A stretch of DNA of 64,000 bases from Parcubacteria group bacterium M10-OD1-1 (GCA_003056145.1 LSNL01000003.1:4345-68344), one strand, 5' to 3'; positions 26,892 through 38,788 are shown, counted from the stretch's first letter. Notes: a model not told the origin generated them from the sequence alone. Made by a program: numbers and translations.

Positions 26892-29800
26892 ATGGTCAAA
26901 GTTGAAAAAAAGCTCAAGGTGAAAGAATCCTTTGGGTCAGGCTCATCGCTATCAAAAAGAAAGTTTTTTAAACAAATATCAATGGTTTCTTTGCCAAATC
27001 TTATTGAATCTCAATTGGATTCTTACGATTGGTTTTTAGAAAAAGGACTAAGAGAACTATTAGACGAAGTTAGTCCAATTGATGATTTCACTGAGAAAGA
27101 TTTAGCGCTATCTTTTACTGATTACTATTTGGATGAACCAAAATATGATGAAGTTACCGCTAAGAATAAAAATATTTCTTACGAAGCTCCTTTAAGATGT
27201 AAAATTCAACTTACTATTAAATCAACTGGTGAAATAAAAGAGCAAGAAATTTATTTAGGTGATTTTCCGTTAATGACTGATAGAGGAACTTTTATAATTA
27301 ACGGAGTGGAGAGAGTAGTAGTTAGCCAAATTATCAGAAGTCCAGGAGTTTTCTTTACAATGCTTTATGTCAAAGGAAAGAAACTTTTTGGAGCTAAAAT
27401 TATTCCTAATAGAGGAGCTTGGTTAGAAATTGAAACTGATATTGATGGAGCTATTTTTGTAAAAATTGATAGAAAAAGAAAAATCGCTATTACTGCTCTA
27501 TTGCGAGCTTTTGGTTATTCTACGGATGAGGAAATACTAGCCTTATTTACTGATGTAGATAATGGAGAAATTAGATATATTGAGAAAACCATTGAAAAAG
27601 ATATTACTAAAAATCAAGGAGAAGGATATAAAGAAGTTTATAAGAGAATTAGACCGGGAGATTTAGCTACTGAGAGTAATGCTAAACAAGTTATTGATAC
27701 AATGTTTTTTAGTTTTGATAAATATGATTTTGGTGGCGTAGGTCGTTATCGACTTAATCAACGATTAGATATTAATGTTCCAGATGATGAAGAACACCGA
27801 GTATTAACTAGAGAGGATTTTAATTTAATTATTAAAGAGATTATTCGTCTTAATAACGATTCTCAGGCAGTCGCTGATGATATTGATCATCTAGGGAATA
27901 GAAGAGTGAGGTCAGTAGGAGAATTGGTACAAAATAAATTAAGAGTTGGATTAGCTAGAACTGCCAGAAATATTAAAGATAGAATGAGTACTTGCGATAT
28001 TGCTACTGTAGTACCAGGACAATTAGTTAATTCTAGACCAATTGCAGCTTCCATTAAAGAATTTTTTTCTAGTTCTCAACTTTCTCAGTTTATGGATCAA
28101 GTTAATCCTTTAGCCGAGTTGGAGCATAAAAGAAGAATTAGTGCGATGGGCCCTGGAGGTTTGGCTCGTGAAAGAGCTGGCTTTGAAGTGCGAGATGTTC
28201 ATCCTTCTCATTATGGAAGGATTTGCCCAGTAGAAACTCCAGAAGGACCAAATATTGGTTTAGTTGGTCATTTAGCTACTTATACTAAGATTAATAATTA
28301 TGGTTTCTTAGAAACTCCTTATCTTAAAATTTATCACGAAATAGAAAATAGCAAAGATAAATTAGTCGGGAAAATTTTAAAGGAAAAAGTTGGAGATTTT
28401 CCTGTTGGAACTAAAATAACTGAAGAAATAGCTAATAAAATTGCTAAAATTAAAGAGAAAAAAACTATTACTATTAAGCCTTGGGCTAGCAAAGAAATTG
28501 ACTATATTAATGCGACTAAAGAAGATAGAAAAACCATTGCTCACGCCGGAATTAATATGGATAAAGAAGGTAATATTTTAGATAATATGGTTGAAGCTAG
28601 AGTAAAAGGACAAGCAACGGAGATTGAAGCTATTAAATTAGATTATATTGATGTTTCTGCTAAACAGTGTATTTCAGTGGCCACTTCTTTGATACCTTTC
28701 TTAGAACACGATGATGCTAACCGAGCTTTAATGGGATCTAATATGCAACGACAAGCTGTTTCTTGTGTTAAACCAGAATCTCCAATTGTAGGAACTGGAA
28801 TTGAAGATAAGGCTGCGGCTGATTCAGGACAAGTAGTAATTGCTCGAGCAGGAGGAGAAGTAGTTGAAGTTGATGGAGATCATATTGTAGTGAAAGAAAA
28901 AACTCCAGCGGGAGCCAAAAAAAGTTATTTCAAACGAGAATATTATTTACAAACTTTTGTGAAATCTAATGCTTTTACTTCTATGAATCAGGTGCCAAGA
29001 GTCAAAAAAGGGCAAATAGTAGAGAAAGGACAACTTTTGGCCGATGGAGCTTCAACCGATCATGGAGAATTAGCTTTAGGTCAAAATATTACCGTTGCTT
29101 TTATTCCATGGGAAGGTTCTAATTATGAAGATGCTATTATTATTTCTGAAAAATTAGTTCAGGGTGATCGCTATAGTTCTATCCATATTGAAGATTTTTC
29201 TATTGATGTAAGAGATACCAAACTTGGTCCAGAGGTAGTAACTAGAGATATTCCAAATATCGGAGAAGAAAGACTAAAAAACTTAGACGAAACAGGAATT
29301 ATCAGAATAGGAGCAGAAGTAGCTTCTGGAGATATTTTAATTGGAAAAATTTCTCCTAAAGGAGAAGGAGATTTAACTTCTGAAGAGCGACTCTTAAGAG
29401 CTATTTTTGGAGAAAAATCTCGAGATGTGAAAGATAGTTCTCTTTATCTTCCTCATGGAGAATATGGCAAGGTAGTAGATATTAAAGTTTTTTCTAGGGA
29501 AAAAGGTGATAAGCTAGCTACTGGAGTTATTCAACAAATTCAAGTTTCAGTTGCACAATTAAAGAAAATATCGGTAGGTGATAAACTAGCTGGACGTCAT
29601 GGAAATAAGGGTGTTATTTCTAGAATTGCTCCAATAGAAGATATGCCTTATCTAGAGGACGGAACTCCAGTAGATATGATTTTAAATCCTTTGGGAGTAG
29701 CTAGTCGTATGAATATTGGTCAGATTCTAGAAACTCATTTAGGTTGGGCAGCTTTAAAACTAGGCTATAAAGTAGCAACTCCAGCACTTGAAGGAGTAAC

Positions 29801-30314
29801 AGAAAAACAAATTAAGGACGAATTAAAAAAAGCTGGTCTTCCAGAAGATGGAAAATCTCAACTAATTAATGGAAGAACAGGAGAATATTTTGATAATCGA
29901 TCAACGGTTGGAGTTATGTATGTTATGAAACTGCATCATTTAGTGGATGACAAAATCCATATGCGTTCTATTGGACCTTATTCTTTAATTACTCAACAAC
30001 CACTAGGAGGAAAAGCTCAATTTGGAGGTCAGCGATTTGGAGAAATGGAAGTGTGGGCTTTAGAAGGTTATGGGGCGGCCTATACTTTGCAAGAGATGTT
30101 AACTATCAAATCGGATGATGTAATGGGAAGATCTAAAGCGTACGAATCAATCATTAAAGGAGAACCAATTAAAAGTCCTAATATTCCAGCTTCTTTTCAT
30201 GTTTTAGTTAGTGAATTGAAAGGTTTGGGATTAAATGTAGAATTAACAGAAGCGAAAAGAGAAGGGGACTCAGATGAAGAATTAGGCGGGTCAATAAAAA
30301 AAGCGGAGAATTAA
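26892..30314 (+). CDS. rpoB: RNA polymerase beta subunit
   Basis: SQFMDQ, GDKLAGRHGNKG and GGQRFGEMEVWALE; ATG at 26892 preferred over TTG at 26835. Confidence 0.98.
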   Translation: MVKVEKKLKVKESFGSGSSLSKRKFFKQISMVSLPNLIESQLDSYDWFLEKGLRELLDEVSPIDDFTEKDLALSFTDYYLDEPKYDEVTAKNKNISYEAPLRCKIQLTIKSTGEIKEQEIYLGDFPLMTDRGTFIINGVERVVVSQIIRSPGVFFTMLYVKGKKLFGAKIIPNRGAWLEIETDIDGAIFVKIDRKRKIAITALLRAFGYSTDEEILALFTDVDNGEIRYIEKTIEKDITKNQGEGYKEVYKRIRPGDLATESNAKQVIDTMFFSFDKYDFGGVGRYRLNQRLDINVPDDEEHRVLTREDFNLIIKEIIRLNNDSQAVADDIDHLGNRRVRSVGELVQNKLRVGLARTARNIKDRMSTCDIATVVPGQLVNSRPIAASIKEFFSSSQLSQFMDQVNPLAELEHKRRISAMGPGGLARERAGFEVRDVHPSHYGRICPVETPEGPNIGLVGHLATYTKINNYGFLETPYLKIYHEIENSKDKLVGKILKEKVGDFPVGTKITEEIANKIAKIKEKKTITIKPWASKEIDYINATKEDRKTIAHAGINMDKEGNILDNMVEARVKGQATEIEAIKLDYIDVSAKQCISVATSLIPFLEHDDANRALMGSNMQRQAVSCVKPESPIVGTGIEDKAAADSGQVVIARAGGEVVEVDGDHIVVKEKTPAGAKKSYFKREYYLQTFVKSNAFTSMNQVPRVKKGQIVEKGQLLADGASTDHGELALGQNITVAFIPWEGSNYEDAIIISEKLVQGDRYSSIHIEDFSIDVRDTKLGPEVVTRDIPNIGEERLKNLDETGIIRIGAEVASGDILIGKISPKGEGDLTSEERLLRAIFGEKSRDVKDSSLYLPHGEYGKVVDIKVFSREKGDKLATGVIQQIQVSVAQLKKISVGDKLAGRHGNKGVISRIAPIEDMPYLEDGTPVDMILNPLGVASRMNIGQILETHLGWAALKLGYKVATPALEGVTEKQIKDELKKAGLPEDGKSQLINGRTGEYFDNRSTVGVMYVMKLHHLVDDKIHMRSIGPYSLITQQPLGGKAQFGGQRFGEMEVWALEGYGAAYTLQEMLTIKSDDVMGRSKAYESIIKGEPIKSPNIPASFHVLVSELKGLGLNVELTEAKREGDSDEELGGSIKKAEN

Positions 30315-30412
30315 AAAGAAAACTTTAGATTTTTTATCAATTATTAATGAGATTAATTTAAACTTAACTCTAATTATCACAAACTGAGTGTTAATTTAAG
30401 AGTAGAAACATT

Positions 30413-33400
30413 ATGGAACCAATAACCAATACTAAAATAAGTGATTTCAATAGCGTGCGTTTAAGTATCGCTAGCCCAGAAGATATTCTAGAGTGGTCTC
30501 ACGGAGAAGTAGTCAAACCAGAAACTATTAATTATAGAACTCAGCGTTATGAGCGAGAAGGTCTTTTTGATGAAAAAATATTTGGTCCTTCCAAGGATTG
30601 GGAATGCTATTGTGGAAAATACAAAAGAATTCGCTATAAAGGGATTGTTTGTGATAAGTGTGGAGTAGAAGTGACTAGGAGTATTGTTAGACGAGAAAGA
30701 ATGGGTCATATTAAATTAGCGGTTCCTGTTTCACATATTTGGTTTTTAAGAGGTGTGCCTTCTAAGATTGGTTTAGCTCTTGGTATCGGTGTACAAAGCT
30801 TAGAAAAAGTAGTTTATTTTTCTAGCTATATTATTTTAGAAGTTAATGAAGAAGAAAAAGAAAGAGCTTTAGCTCAAGTTGAACAAGAATTTAAACAAAA
30901 ACAAAAGGAAATTAAAAGAAATTTTGCTGGTGATAGTGAAAAAGAAAAAGAAAAAGAAAAGCAAGAGGAATTAAAAAATATTTATCGTTCTTCTAAGGAG
31001 GAATTAAAAAATCTTAAAAAATTACAAATTATTTCTGAAATTGAATATTTCAATTTATCTACTAAATATGCCCAAGTATTTTCGGCTGGTATTGGAGCTG
31101 AATCTATTAGATCTATTCTGGAAACTATGGATCCAAAAGAGGAGATTGAAAAATTAAAGAAAAGTTTAGCCAATGATGAAGTAACGGATCGTAAGAAAGC
31201 TCTAAAAAGAGTTAAGATGTTACAAGGATTTATCAATGCTAAAATGAAATTAGAATGGATGATGTTGACTGTTATTCCAATTATCCCACCAGACCTTCGT
31301 CCAATGGTAGCTTTAGATGGAGGAAGATATGCTACTTCTGATTTGAATGATTTATATCGTAGAATTATTAACCGAAATAATCGTTTGAAAAAATTGATTG
31401 GGTTAGGTGCTCCAGAAGTTATTACTAGAAATGAAAAAAGAATGTTGCAAGAAGCAGTGGATGCTTTATTTGATAATAGTGCTCGAAGAGGACAAGCCTC
31501 TGTAGCAGCTTCTACTGGACAAAGAAGAGCTTTAAGGTCTTTGGCCGACACCTTAAAAGGAAAACAAGGTCGTTTTAGACAGAATCTTTTAGGAAAAAGA
31601 GTTGATTATTCAGGACGAAGTGTAATCGTAGTAGGTCCAAAATTAAAACTCAATCAATGTGGTATTCCGAAAAAAATGGCTTTGGAATTATACAAACCTT
31701 TTATTATAAATAAACTCATTGAAAGAGAATTAGCCTATAATGTTAGGTCGGCTGGAAAAATGGTAGAAGGAGAAACTGAAGAAGCTTATGATATTTTAGA
31801 TGAAATTATTTCTCATCATTATGTTTTGTTAAATCGGGCTCCAACCTTACATCGTTTGTCTATTCAAGCTTTTCAACCAGTTCTAATTGAAGGAAAAGCT
31901 ATTCAAGTACATCCAATGGTTTGTAGTGCTTTTAATGCTGATTTTGATGGGGATCAAATGGCTGTTCATGTTCCTTTGACTGATAAGGCTCGTTGGGAAA
32001 GTGAAAATTTAATGCTTTCTTCTAGAAATCTTTTAAAGCCAGCTAATGGTGATCCAATTACAATCCCGACTTTAGATATGGTTTTAGGCTGTTACTATAT
32101 TTCTCATATTGTCAGTGGAGTTAAGGGAGAAGGAGCGATTTTCTCTGATTTTAATGAAGCAGTATTAGCTAATGAACTTGGTCAAGTAGATGTAAGAGCA
32201 AAAATAAAAGTAGCCTATGAAGGAAAAATAATTGAAACTTCTATTGGGAGAATAAAACTCAATCAAATTATTCCTGAGGGGATAGGTTTTATTAATCAGG
32301 AAATGACTAAGAAAGAGCTAAAGAGTTTAGTAGCTCAAGTTTTAGAAACTCTAGGAAAAGAAACGACAGCTCAATTTGTTGATAAAATTAAAGACTTAGG
32401 TTTTGATTCAGTTACTAAATCAGGAATTAGTTGGGGAATGGATGACTTAATTATTCCAGCTAATAAAAAAGAACTTATTGATAGTAGCGAAAAGGAAGTA
32501 GAAGCTATTAAAAACCAATATAGTGCAGGACTTTTAACTGACGAAGAGCGAAAAAATAAAGTTATTGAAGTTTGGAATGAAACTAAAAATAAAATTACAG
32601 ATGAAGTTCGTAATTCTATGGATAAGGAAGGTCCTGTTTATTCAATGGTTTATTCTAAAGCGAGAGGTTCTGAATCAGTAGTAGTCCAGATGTCAGGAAT
32701 GAAAGGTTTAATGGCAGGTCCAACTGGGGAAACAATAGAGTTACCAATTAAGAGTTGCTTTAAAGAAGGACTTAATGTTTTGGAGTATTTTATTTCTACT
32801 CATGGAGCTAGAAAAGGAATGGCTGACACCGCCTTGAGAACAGCGACTGCTGGTTATTTGACTAGAAGACTAGTTGATGTTTCTCAAGATATTATTGTCA
32901 GAGAAAACGACTGTAAAGATAAAGTAGGGGCTTACATTTATAAAGAAGATTCAGATCGGATTGGACAGGATTTTGTTTCTAGAATTGTTGGAAGATTTTT
33001 AATTGAAGATATCACTGATCCAGAAAATGGAAAAGTGCTGATAAAAAAAGGTAAACTAGTTACTAAGCAACAAGGAGAACTAATTGAAAATAAAAACATT
33101 GAAAAAGCTAAAATTAGAACAGTGGCTACTTGCAAAACTTCTAGAGGAGTATGTCAAAAGTGTTACGGTGCTGATTTAGGAAGAGGTGGTATTGTAGAAA
33201 CTGGACAAACTGTTGGAATTGTAGCTGCACAAGCTATTGGAGAGCCAGGAACTCAGTTAACGATGAGGACCTTCCATATTGGAGGTATTGCGGGATCTGA
33301 TATTACTCAGGGACTTCCTAGAGTAGAAGAAATTTTTGAAGCTCGTCCTCCAAAAGGAGAAGCTATTATTTCAGAAGTGGATGGTAGAATATTGTCGTTA

Positions 33401-34009
33401 GAAAATAATGGAAAAAATATTGTTGTTAAAGTTGAAATAGAGGATAAACAAAAAACGACTAAAGAATATCAAGTGCCAGCAGGGAGTACTTTAAAAATAG
33501 CTGAAGGAGATTTAATTACGAAGGGAACTCAGCTTTCTGAAGGGCATATTGACTTGAAAAAACTTTATAAAACTATGGGCTGGGAAGAAGTCTATCGTTA
33601 TATTGTGCGAGAAATTCAAGAAGTTTATGCTTCTCAAGGAGAAACAATTAATGATAAACACATTGAAGTAATTATTCGTCAAATGTTTAGTAGAGTTATT
33701 ATTTTAGATGAAAAAGATACTGATTTACTAGTTGGTGATATTGTAGAATTAGATGAATTTAATGAAGTTAATAAACGAGTTAAATTAGCCGGAAAAGAGG
33801 AAGCTAAAGGAGAAAAAATGTTATTAGGGATAACTAAAGTAGCTCTTTCTACGGACAGTTTTCTTTCAGCTGCTTCTTTTCAAGAAACAGCCCGAGTTTT
33901 AATTAACGCCGCTTCTCAGGGTAAAGAGGATAAATTACGAGGATTAAAAGAAAATGTTATCATCGGAAAACTTATCCCAGCTGGAACTGGCTATAAAGAA
34001 AAAAAATAA
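30413..34009 (+). CDS. rpoC: RNA polymerase beta' subunit
   Basis: NADFDGDQM catalytic motif, Zn finger, GEPGTQLTMRTFH. Confidence 0.99.
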   Translation: MEPITNTKISDFNSVRLSIASPEDILEWSHGEVVKPETINYRTQRYEREGLFDEKIFGPSKDWECYCGKYKRIRYKGIVCDKCGVEVTRSIVRRERMGHIKLAVPVSHIWFLRGVPSKIGLALGIGVQSLEKVVYFSSYIILEVNEEEKERALAQVEQEFKQKQKEIKRNFAGDSEKEKEKEKQEELKNIYRSSKEELKNLKKLQIISEIEYFNLSTKYAQVFSAGIGAESIRSILETMDPKEEIEKLKKSLANDEVTDRKKALKRVKMLQGFINAKMKLEWMMLTVIPIIPPDLRPMVALDGGRYATSDLNDLYRRIINRNNRLKKLIGLGAPEVITRNEKRMLQEAVDALFDNSARRGQASVAASTGQRRALRSLADTLKGKQGRFRQNLLGKRVDYSGRSVIVVGPKLKLNQCGIPKKMALELYKPFIINKLIERELAYNVRSAGKMVEGETEEAYDILDEIISHHYVLLNRAPTLHRLSIQAFQPVLIEGKAIQVHPMVCSAFNADFDGDQMAVHVPLTDKARWESENLMLSSRNLLKPANGDPITIPTLDMVLGCYYISHIVSGVKGEGAIFSDFNEAVLANELGQVDVRAKIKVAYEGKIIETSIGRIKLNQIIPEGIGFINQEMTKKELKSLVAQVLETLGKETTAQFVDKIKDLGFDSVTKSGISWGMDDLIIPANKKELIDSSEKEVEAIKNQYSAGLLTDEERKNKVIEVWNETKNKITDEVRNSMDKEGPVYSMVYSKARGSESVVVQMSGMKGLMAGPTGETIELPIKSCFKEGLNVLEYFISTHGARKGMADTALRTATAGYLTRRLVDVSQDIIVRENDCKDKVGAYIYKEDSDRIGQDFVSRIVGRFLIEDITDPENGKVLIKKGKLVTKQQGELIENKNIEKAKIRTVATCKTSRGVCQKCYGADLGRGGIVETGQTVGIVAAQAIGEPGTQLTMRTFHIGGIAGSDITQGLPRVEEIFEARPPKGEAIISEVDGRILSLENNGKNIVVKVEIEDKQKTTKEYQVPAGSTLKIAEGDLITKGTQLSEGHIDLKKLYKTMGWEEVYRYIVREIQEVYASQGETINDKHIEVIIRQMFSRVIILDEKDTDLLVGDIVELDEFNEVNKRVKLAGKEEAKGEKMLLGITKVALSTDSFLSAASFQETARVLINAASQGKEDKLRGLKENVIIGKLIPAGTGYKEKK

Positions 34010-34032
34010 TTTTAGCCAATTTAGCTTGTTAA

Positions 34033-34078
34033 AAAACAAAGACAGTTTCCGACTAATTTAGGAGGCTGTTTTTGTTTT
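34033..34078 (+). terminator. Terminator after rpoC
   Basis: aaaacaaagacagtttcc...ggaggctgtttttgtttt. Confidence 0.7.
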
Positions 34079-34144
34079 CCGATATTTATGATAAAATAGA
34101 AAAGAAGTTAATTAAGGGGTTGATTATAAATTATAGATATTAAA

Positions 34145-36571
34145 ATGGGAAGAAATAATAAAGATAAAAAAGAGGAGGAAGAAGAAGGAGAAAAAAAAAT
34201 AAAAATAAATATTGCTAGTGATGCGAAAAGGAGCACAATAGCGATTATTTTATTTGCTTTGGCAGTTTTGTTTACTTTAGGATTTTTTGGCAGTGGTGGA
34301 GTGGTTGGAAAATCTCTCAATGAGATGGCTGGATTAACAATTGGCTGGGCAAAATTAATCTTTCCTTTGTTTTTAGTTATTGCAGGGATTATTTTATTAT
34401 TAAGAAAAGAAACTATTTTTTATGTGACTAAAATAATTGGATTAACTATTGTTTTGTTTAGTCTGACAGGAATTTTTCATTGGTTTTTTAATTTTCACGA
34501 TATTTTGGCTGTAGCTAAAGTTGGGAGAGGAGGAGGTTACGCTGGTTATATTATAGCCTATATTTTAGAAAAATATTTAGGTGGCGCAGGAAGTTTGGTT
34601 GTTTTGTTAGCTTTTTTATTTATTGGTTTTATAGTAGCGTTTGATTTTTCTATTATAAATTTCTTTGCTAAATTTAAAAAAGAAAAAGTTCAAGATGAAC
34701 TAACTGAAACTGAGGAATCTAAAAAGATAAATGAGGACGAAGAATTAGATGATGGGGATGATGACAAAGAGGAAGAATTAAATCAAGAAAAGCAACCAAA
34801 AAATAGTGAATTAAAAAAAACTGAACAAGATTCTCTTCAAGAAACTGAAAATTTAGAAAGCAATATTAAGAAAATTGAATTTGTAGAAGGCAATGATCAA
34901 TTTGTTGACCCATCACTAGAAGTTCATAATGAAATAAGTTCAAGAGAACTAGAAAATTATGAAGCAGATGAAATTGAAGATGCAATTGAAGATGAAAGGG
35001 AAGAGGATCAATTTATTAGAAAAAATAAAAAACAGAAATGGACTTTGCCTCCATTAGAACTTCTAGAGGAAAGTATGGGAGAAGCTAAAGGTGGTGATGT
35101 AGAGAGGAATTTTTCCATTATTGAAAAAACATTGAAAGATTTTGGTATTGAAGTAGAAAGAGGAGAAGCCCAAACTGGTCCAACTGTTACTCAATATAGC
35201 TTTCGCCCAGCCGTGGGAGTTAAAATTTCTAAAATTTTAGCTTTGCAAAATGATTTATCGTTAGCTTTAGCGGAACATCCAATTAGAATTGAAGCTCCAA
35301 TTCCTGGAAAATCTTTAATTGGAATTGAAGTGCCTAATAAAGTTTCCTCAGTAGTGAGATTAAAGAATATTTTAGCGGAAAAGAAATTTAAAAAAAGAAA
35401 GTCTAACCTTATCTTAGCCTTGGGGGAGGATGTTAGCGGGACGAGAATTTTTGATGATCTAGCTAAAATGCCTCATTTGATGATTGCTGGAGCGACTGGA
35501 ACTGGTAAATCTGTAGCAACCAATGTTATTATCACTACTCTTCTCTATCAAAATTCTCCTGAAGATTTAAAATTTATCATGGTAGATCCAAAAATGGTAG
35601 AACTTTCAGTTTATAATGGCATTCCTCATTTATTAACAGAAGTTATTGTAGAGAATAGTAAAGTTATCAATGCCTTGAAATGGGCAGTTAGGGAAATGGA
35701 AAAGCGTTATAAATTACTGCAAGAAACTGGTTCTCGAGATTTAGTTTCCTACGAAGAAAAAAGAAAAACCGGTTTTACTGTTAAACATACTAATTCAGAA
35801 ACAGGAGAGATAAGTGAAGAAAAGCTAAAAAAGATACCTTATATTATTATTGTAATTGATGAACTGGCTGATTTAATGATTAGCCATGGGAAAGAAGTGG
35901 AAGGTGCAATTGTTAGAATTGCTCAAATGGCAAGAGCCGTTGGAATACATTTAATAGTTTCTACTCAAAGACCGTCAGTGGAAGTGATTACTGGCTTGAT
36001 TAAAGCTAATATTCCAACTAGAATTGCTTTTAAGGTAGCCACTCAAATAGATTCAAGAACAATCATTGATATGGGAGGAGCTGATAAACTTTTAGGAAAT
36101 GGAGATTCATTGTTCCTTTCTTCTCATTCTCCTAAGCCAGCTAGAATTCAGGGTATTTTTGTAAGTGAAGTAGAGGTGAAAAGAGTTGTTGAATTCATTA
36201 AAAAACAGCAAGAAGCAAGAGAAGAAAAGAACGAGGATGATGAAGAGGAAAAGAAAGATATTACTGAAAATACACAAAAAGAAATTTTAGAATTTCAAGG
36301 GACAGAGCCAGGTAAAGATGATGAGTTGATTGAACAAGCTAAAAGAGAAATTATAAGAGCTAAAAAAGCTTCCGCCACTTTATTACAAACTAGGCTAAGT
36401 ATTGGTTATTCACGGGCTAGTAGAATAATTAATGTTCTGGAGGATCAGGGCTTTGTTGGACCGTCTAATGGTTCTAAGCCTCGAGAAATATACGGACTTA
36501 ATAGTGAAAGTAATGTAGAATATCAAGATGATATTAATGATCAAGTTAGAAGGGATAAATGGCAAATTTAA
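34145..36571 (+). CDS. ftsK: DNA translocase FtsK/SpoIIIE
   Basis: 4TM N-terminus, PHLMIAGATGTGKS, IDELADLM, STQRPSV, C-terminal gamma domain. Confidence 0.97.
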   Translation: MGRNNKDKKEEEEEGEKKIKINIASDAKRSTIAIILFALAVLFTLGFFGSGGVVGKSLNEMAGLTIGWAKLIFPLFLVIAGIILLLRKETIFYVTKIIGLTIVLFSLTGIFHWFFNFHDILAVAKVGRGGGYAGYIIAYILEKYLGGAGSLVVLLAFLFIGFIVAFDFSIINFFAKFKKEKVQDELTETEESKKINEDEELDDGDDDKEEELNQEKQPKNSELKKTEQDSLQETENLESNIKKIEFVEGNDQFVDPSLEVHNEISSRELENYEADEIEDAIEDEREEDQFIRKNKKQKWTLPPLELLEESMGEAKGGDVERNFSIIEKTLKDFGIEVERGEAQTGPTVTQYSFRPAVGVKISKILALQNDLSLALAEHPIRIEAPIPGKSLIGIEVPNKVSSVVRLKNILAEKKFKKRKSNLILALGEDVSGTRIFDDLAKMPHLMIAGATGTGKSVATNVIITTLLYQNSPEDLKFIMVDPKMVELSVYNGIPHLLTEVIVENSKVINALKWAVREMEKRYKLLQETGSRDLVSYEEKRKTGFTVKHTNSETGEISEEKLKKIPYIIIVIDELADLMISHGKEVEGAIVRIAQMARAVGIHLIVSTQRPSVEVITGLIKANIPTRIAFKVATQIDSRTIIDMGGADKLLGNGDSLFLSSHSPKPARIQGIFVSEVEVKRVVEFIKKQQEAREEKNEDDEEEKKDITENTQKEILEFQGTEPGKDDELIEQAKREIIRAKKASATLLQTRLSIGYSRASRIINVLEDQGFVGPSNGSKPREIYGLNSESNVEYQDDINDQVRRDKWQI

Positions 36572-36601
36572 TTGAATAATTAAGAGATAGCTTTTTAAAT
36601 T

Positions 36602-37606
36602 ATGATGCGAAATGGATTTACTAAAAAAAATATTGGCACTCTGACACTTGGAGAAAAATTAAAAAAACTTCGAGAAGATAAAAGACTTTCTCTAAATGAA
36701 ATATCTAAGGCAACTAAAATTCAAGTAAAACATCTAGATTATTTAGAAAAGGGATTCTACGAGAAGTTACCAGCTGATGTTTACGTGAAAGGTTTTCTAA
36801 GAAGTTATGCAGATTTTTTTGGTTTAGATAAACAAATTTTTTTAAGATTGTATAATAAAGAAAAAGGAATTGAGTATAATTTAAAAAAGAAAAATAATAC
36901 AGATTTTAAAAAAATAAAACCGATTAATATTTCTGCTTTTATTTTTACTCCTAAAAAAATACTAATTTTAGTTATTAGCATTTTCATTTTAGTGGGGCTC
37001 TTCTTACTTTATCGGGAGATTGGTTCTTTCGCTAGTACACCAAGATTAGTGGTCTTAAGCCCTCTGAATAATTCGGAAATAACAAGTAATTCTATTTATG
37101 TAGAAGGAATAGTAGATAAAGATGCTTCTCTATTTATTAACAATCAACCGATTTTAGTTAATGATGAAGGAAAATTTAGAGAAAATGTTGCCTTGCAAAC
37201 AGGAGTAAACGTCATTAATATAAAAGCAGTTAATAAATTTAAGAAAATTGCCAATAAAGTTATCATTGTTCGTTCTGATTATCAAGTAGCGAAAAAAAAT
37301 AATAATTCTCAAAAAGAAGCTAGCCAAAAAAAAGCCATTATTAAAAATAAAGAAATAACAATAGAACTCAGCGTTAATCCTGGTCCAGTTTGGTTAAATG
37401 TAAAAGCGGACGGAGAGTTAGTTTTTAATGGAACAATGCTCAGTGGAGCCATTCAAATGTTTCACGCTAAAAAGAAAATAGTTATCAGTTCTGGAAGGGG
37501 TAAAGCAACTTTTGTTAAATTCAATGGTAATGATATTGGAGCTTTAAGTCCAAAAGATGGTATAGTGAAAGGAGTAACTTTTACTCATGATACTAAAGGT
37601 AAATAA
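36602..37606 (+). CDS. rodZ: RodZ-like protein (HTH, TM, Ig-like and DUF4115-like domains)
   Basis: LGEKLKKLRE...YVKGFLRSYA HTH, a TM helix, and VWLNVKADG; follows ftsK. Confidence 0.75.
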   Translation: MMRNGFTKKNIGTLTLGEKLKKLREDKRLSLNEISKATKIQVKHLDYLEKGFYEKLPADVYVKGFLRSYADFFGLDKQIFLRLYNKEKGIEYNLKKKNNTDFKKIKPINISAFIFTPKKILILVISIFILVGLFLLYREIGSFASTPRLVVLSPLNNSEITSNSIYVEGIVDKDASLFINNQPILVNDEGKFRENVALQTGVNVINIKAVNKFKKIANKVIIVRSDYQVAKKNNNSQKEASQKKAIIKNKEITIELSVNPGPVWLNVKADGELVFNGTMLSGAIQMFHAKKKIVISSGRGKATFVKFNGNDIGALSPKDGIVKGVTFTHDTKGK

Positions 37607-37683
37607 TTATTTAAAATAACAAACATACATAGAAAATATAAAATTTTTTTGAAGGGTATTTTCTATAAAATGTTTTTGAAAAA

Positions 37684-38727
37684 ATGAAAGAATCTAAAAA
37701 AGAGAAAAACATCAATGCGGTTATTGATGAAATTAAAGAAAGGTTTGGCGAGGGAGTAATTATGAAATTAGGTGACATCAAAAAAGTAGATGTTGCTTCA
37801 ATTCCGACTGGATCTATCTCTTTGGATATTGCCTTAGGAATTGGTGGTATTCCTCAAGGGAGAGTAGTAGAAGTTTATGGACCAGAATCCTCTGGGAAGA
37901 CTACGCTAACTCTCCATATTATTGCTAATGCTCAAAAAGCAGGAGGAGTAGCTGCTTTTATTGATGCAGAGCATGCGTTAGATCCAGAATATGCTAAAAA
38001 AATAGGAGTTAATATTGATAATCTTTTAATTTCTCAACCAGATAATGGTGAACAGGCTTTGGATATTGTAGAAACTTTAGTTAATTCAGGAGAAATAAGT
38101 GTTATCGTGATTGACTCAGTAGCCGCCTTAGTACCGAAGGCAGAGATTGAAGGAGATATGGGGGCTCATCATATGGGAACTCAAGCTCGATTAATGTCGC
38201 AAGCTTTAAGGAAATTGACAGCTATTATTGCTAAATCTAATTGTACAGTTATTTTTATCAATCAGATTAGAATGAAAATCGGTGTAGTCTTTGGTAATCC
38301 AGAAACAACAACTGGAGGAAATGCTCTAAAGTTTTATTCTTCGGTGCGAATTGAGGTTCGTCGTTCAGCCCAAATTAAAAAAGCTGATGATATTGTAGGC
38401 AATAGAACTAAAATTAAAATTGTTAAAAACAAAGTAGCTCCACCATTTAAAACAACAGAATTTGATATTATGTATAATGAGGGTATTTCAGCGTCAGGAG
38501 ATATTTTAGACACAGGAGTTAAATATGAGATTATCAACAAGAAAGGAAATTCTTATTCTTTTAACGAAATAAAATTAGGCGTAGGGAGAGAAAAAGCTAA
38601 ACAAACATTAAAAAGTAATTTAGAGATTATGCAAGAAATTTCTAAAAAAATCTATGTTAAATTAGATGAGATAGAAGCGGAAAAAGAAAAAGAAACAGAA
38701 ACAGAAAAAGAAAAAGAGCAAAAGTAG
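37684..38727 (+). CDS. recA: Recombinase A
   Basis: [18 protein letters not shown] and GGNALKFY motifs. Confidence 0.99.
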   Translation: MKESKKEKNINAVIDEIKERFGEGVIMKLGDIKKVDVASIPTGSISLDIALGIGGIPQGRVVEVYGPESSGKTTLTLHIIANAQKAGGVAAFIDAEHALDPEYAKKIGVNIDNLLISQPDNGEQALDIVETLVNSGEISVIVIDSVAALVPKAEIEGDMGAHHMGTQARLMSQALRKLTAIIAKSNCTVIFINQIRMKIGVVFGNPETTTGGNALKFYSSVRIEVRRSAQIKKADDIVGNRTKIKIVKNKVAPPFKTTEFDIMYNEGISASGDILDTGVKYEIINKKGNSYSFNEIKLGVGREKAKQTLKSNLEIMQEISKKIYVKLDEIEAEKEKETETEKEKEQK

Positions 38728-38757
38728 TTTCTGATTAATCGGCTGTAAGATTTCTTT

Positions 38758-38788
38758 AAGGGCATAGTCATAATGGTTATGTCCTTTT
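38758..38788 (+). terminator. Terminator after recA
   Basis: aagggcatagtca-taa-tggttatgtcctttt. Confidence 0.7.

Noticed and set aside
30488-33135. Antisense ORFs within rpoC (and similar ones in nusA, fusA, secY and recA)
   Set aside because: Typical shadow ORFs of conserved genes with no independent expression signals.
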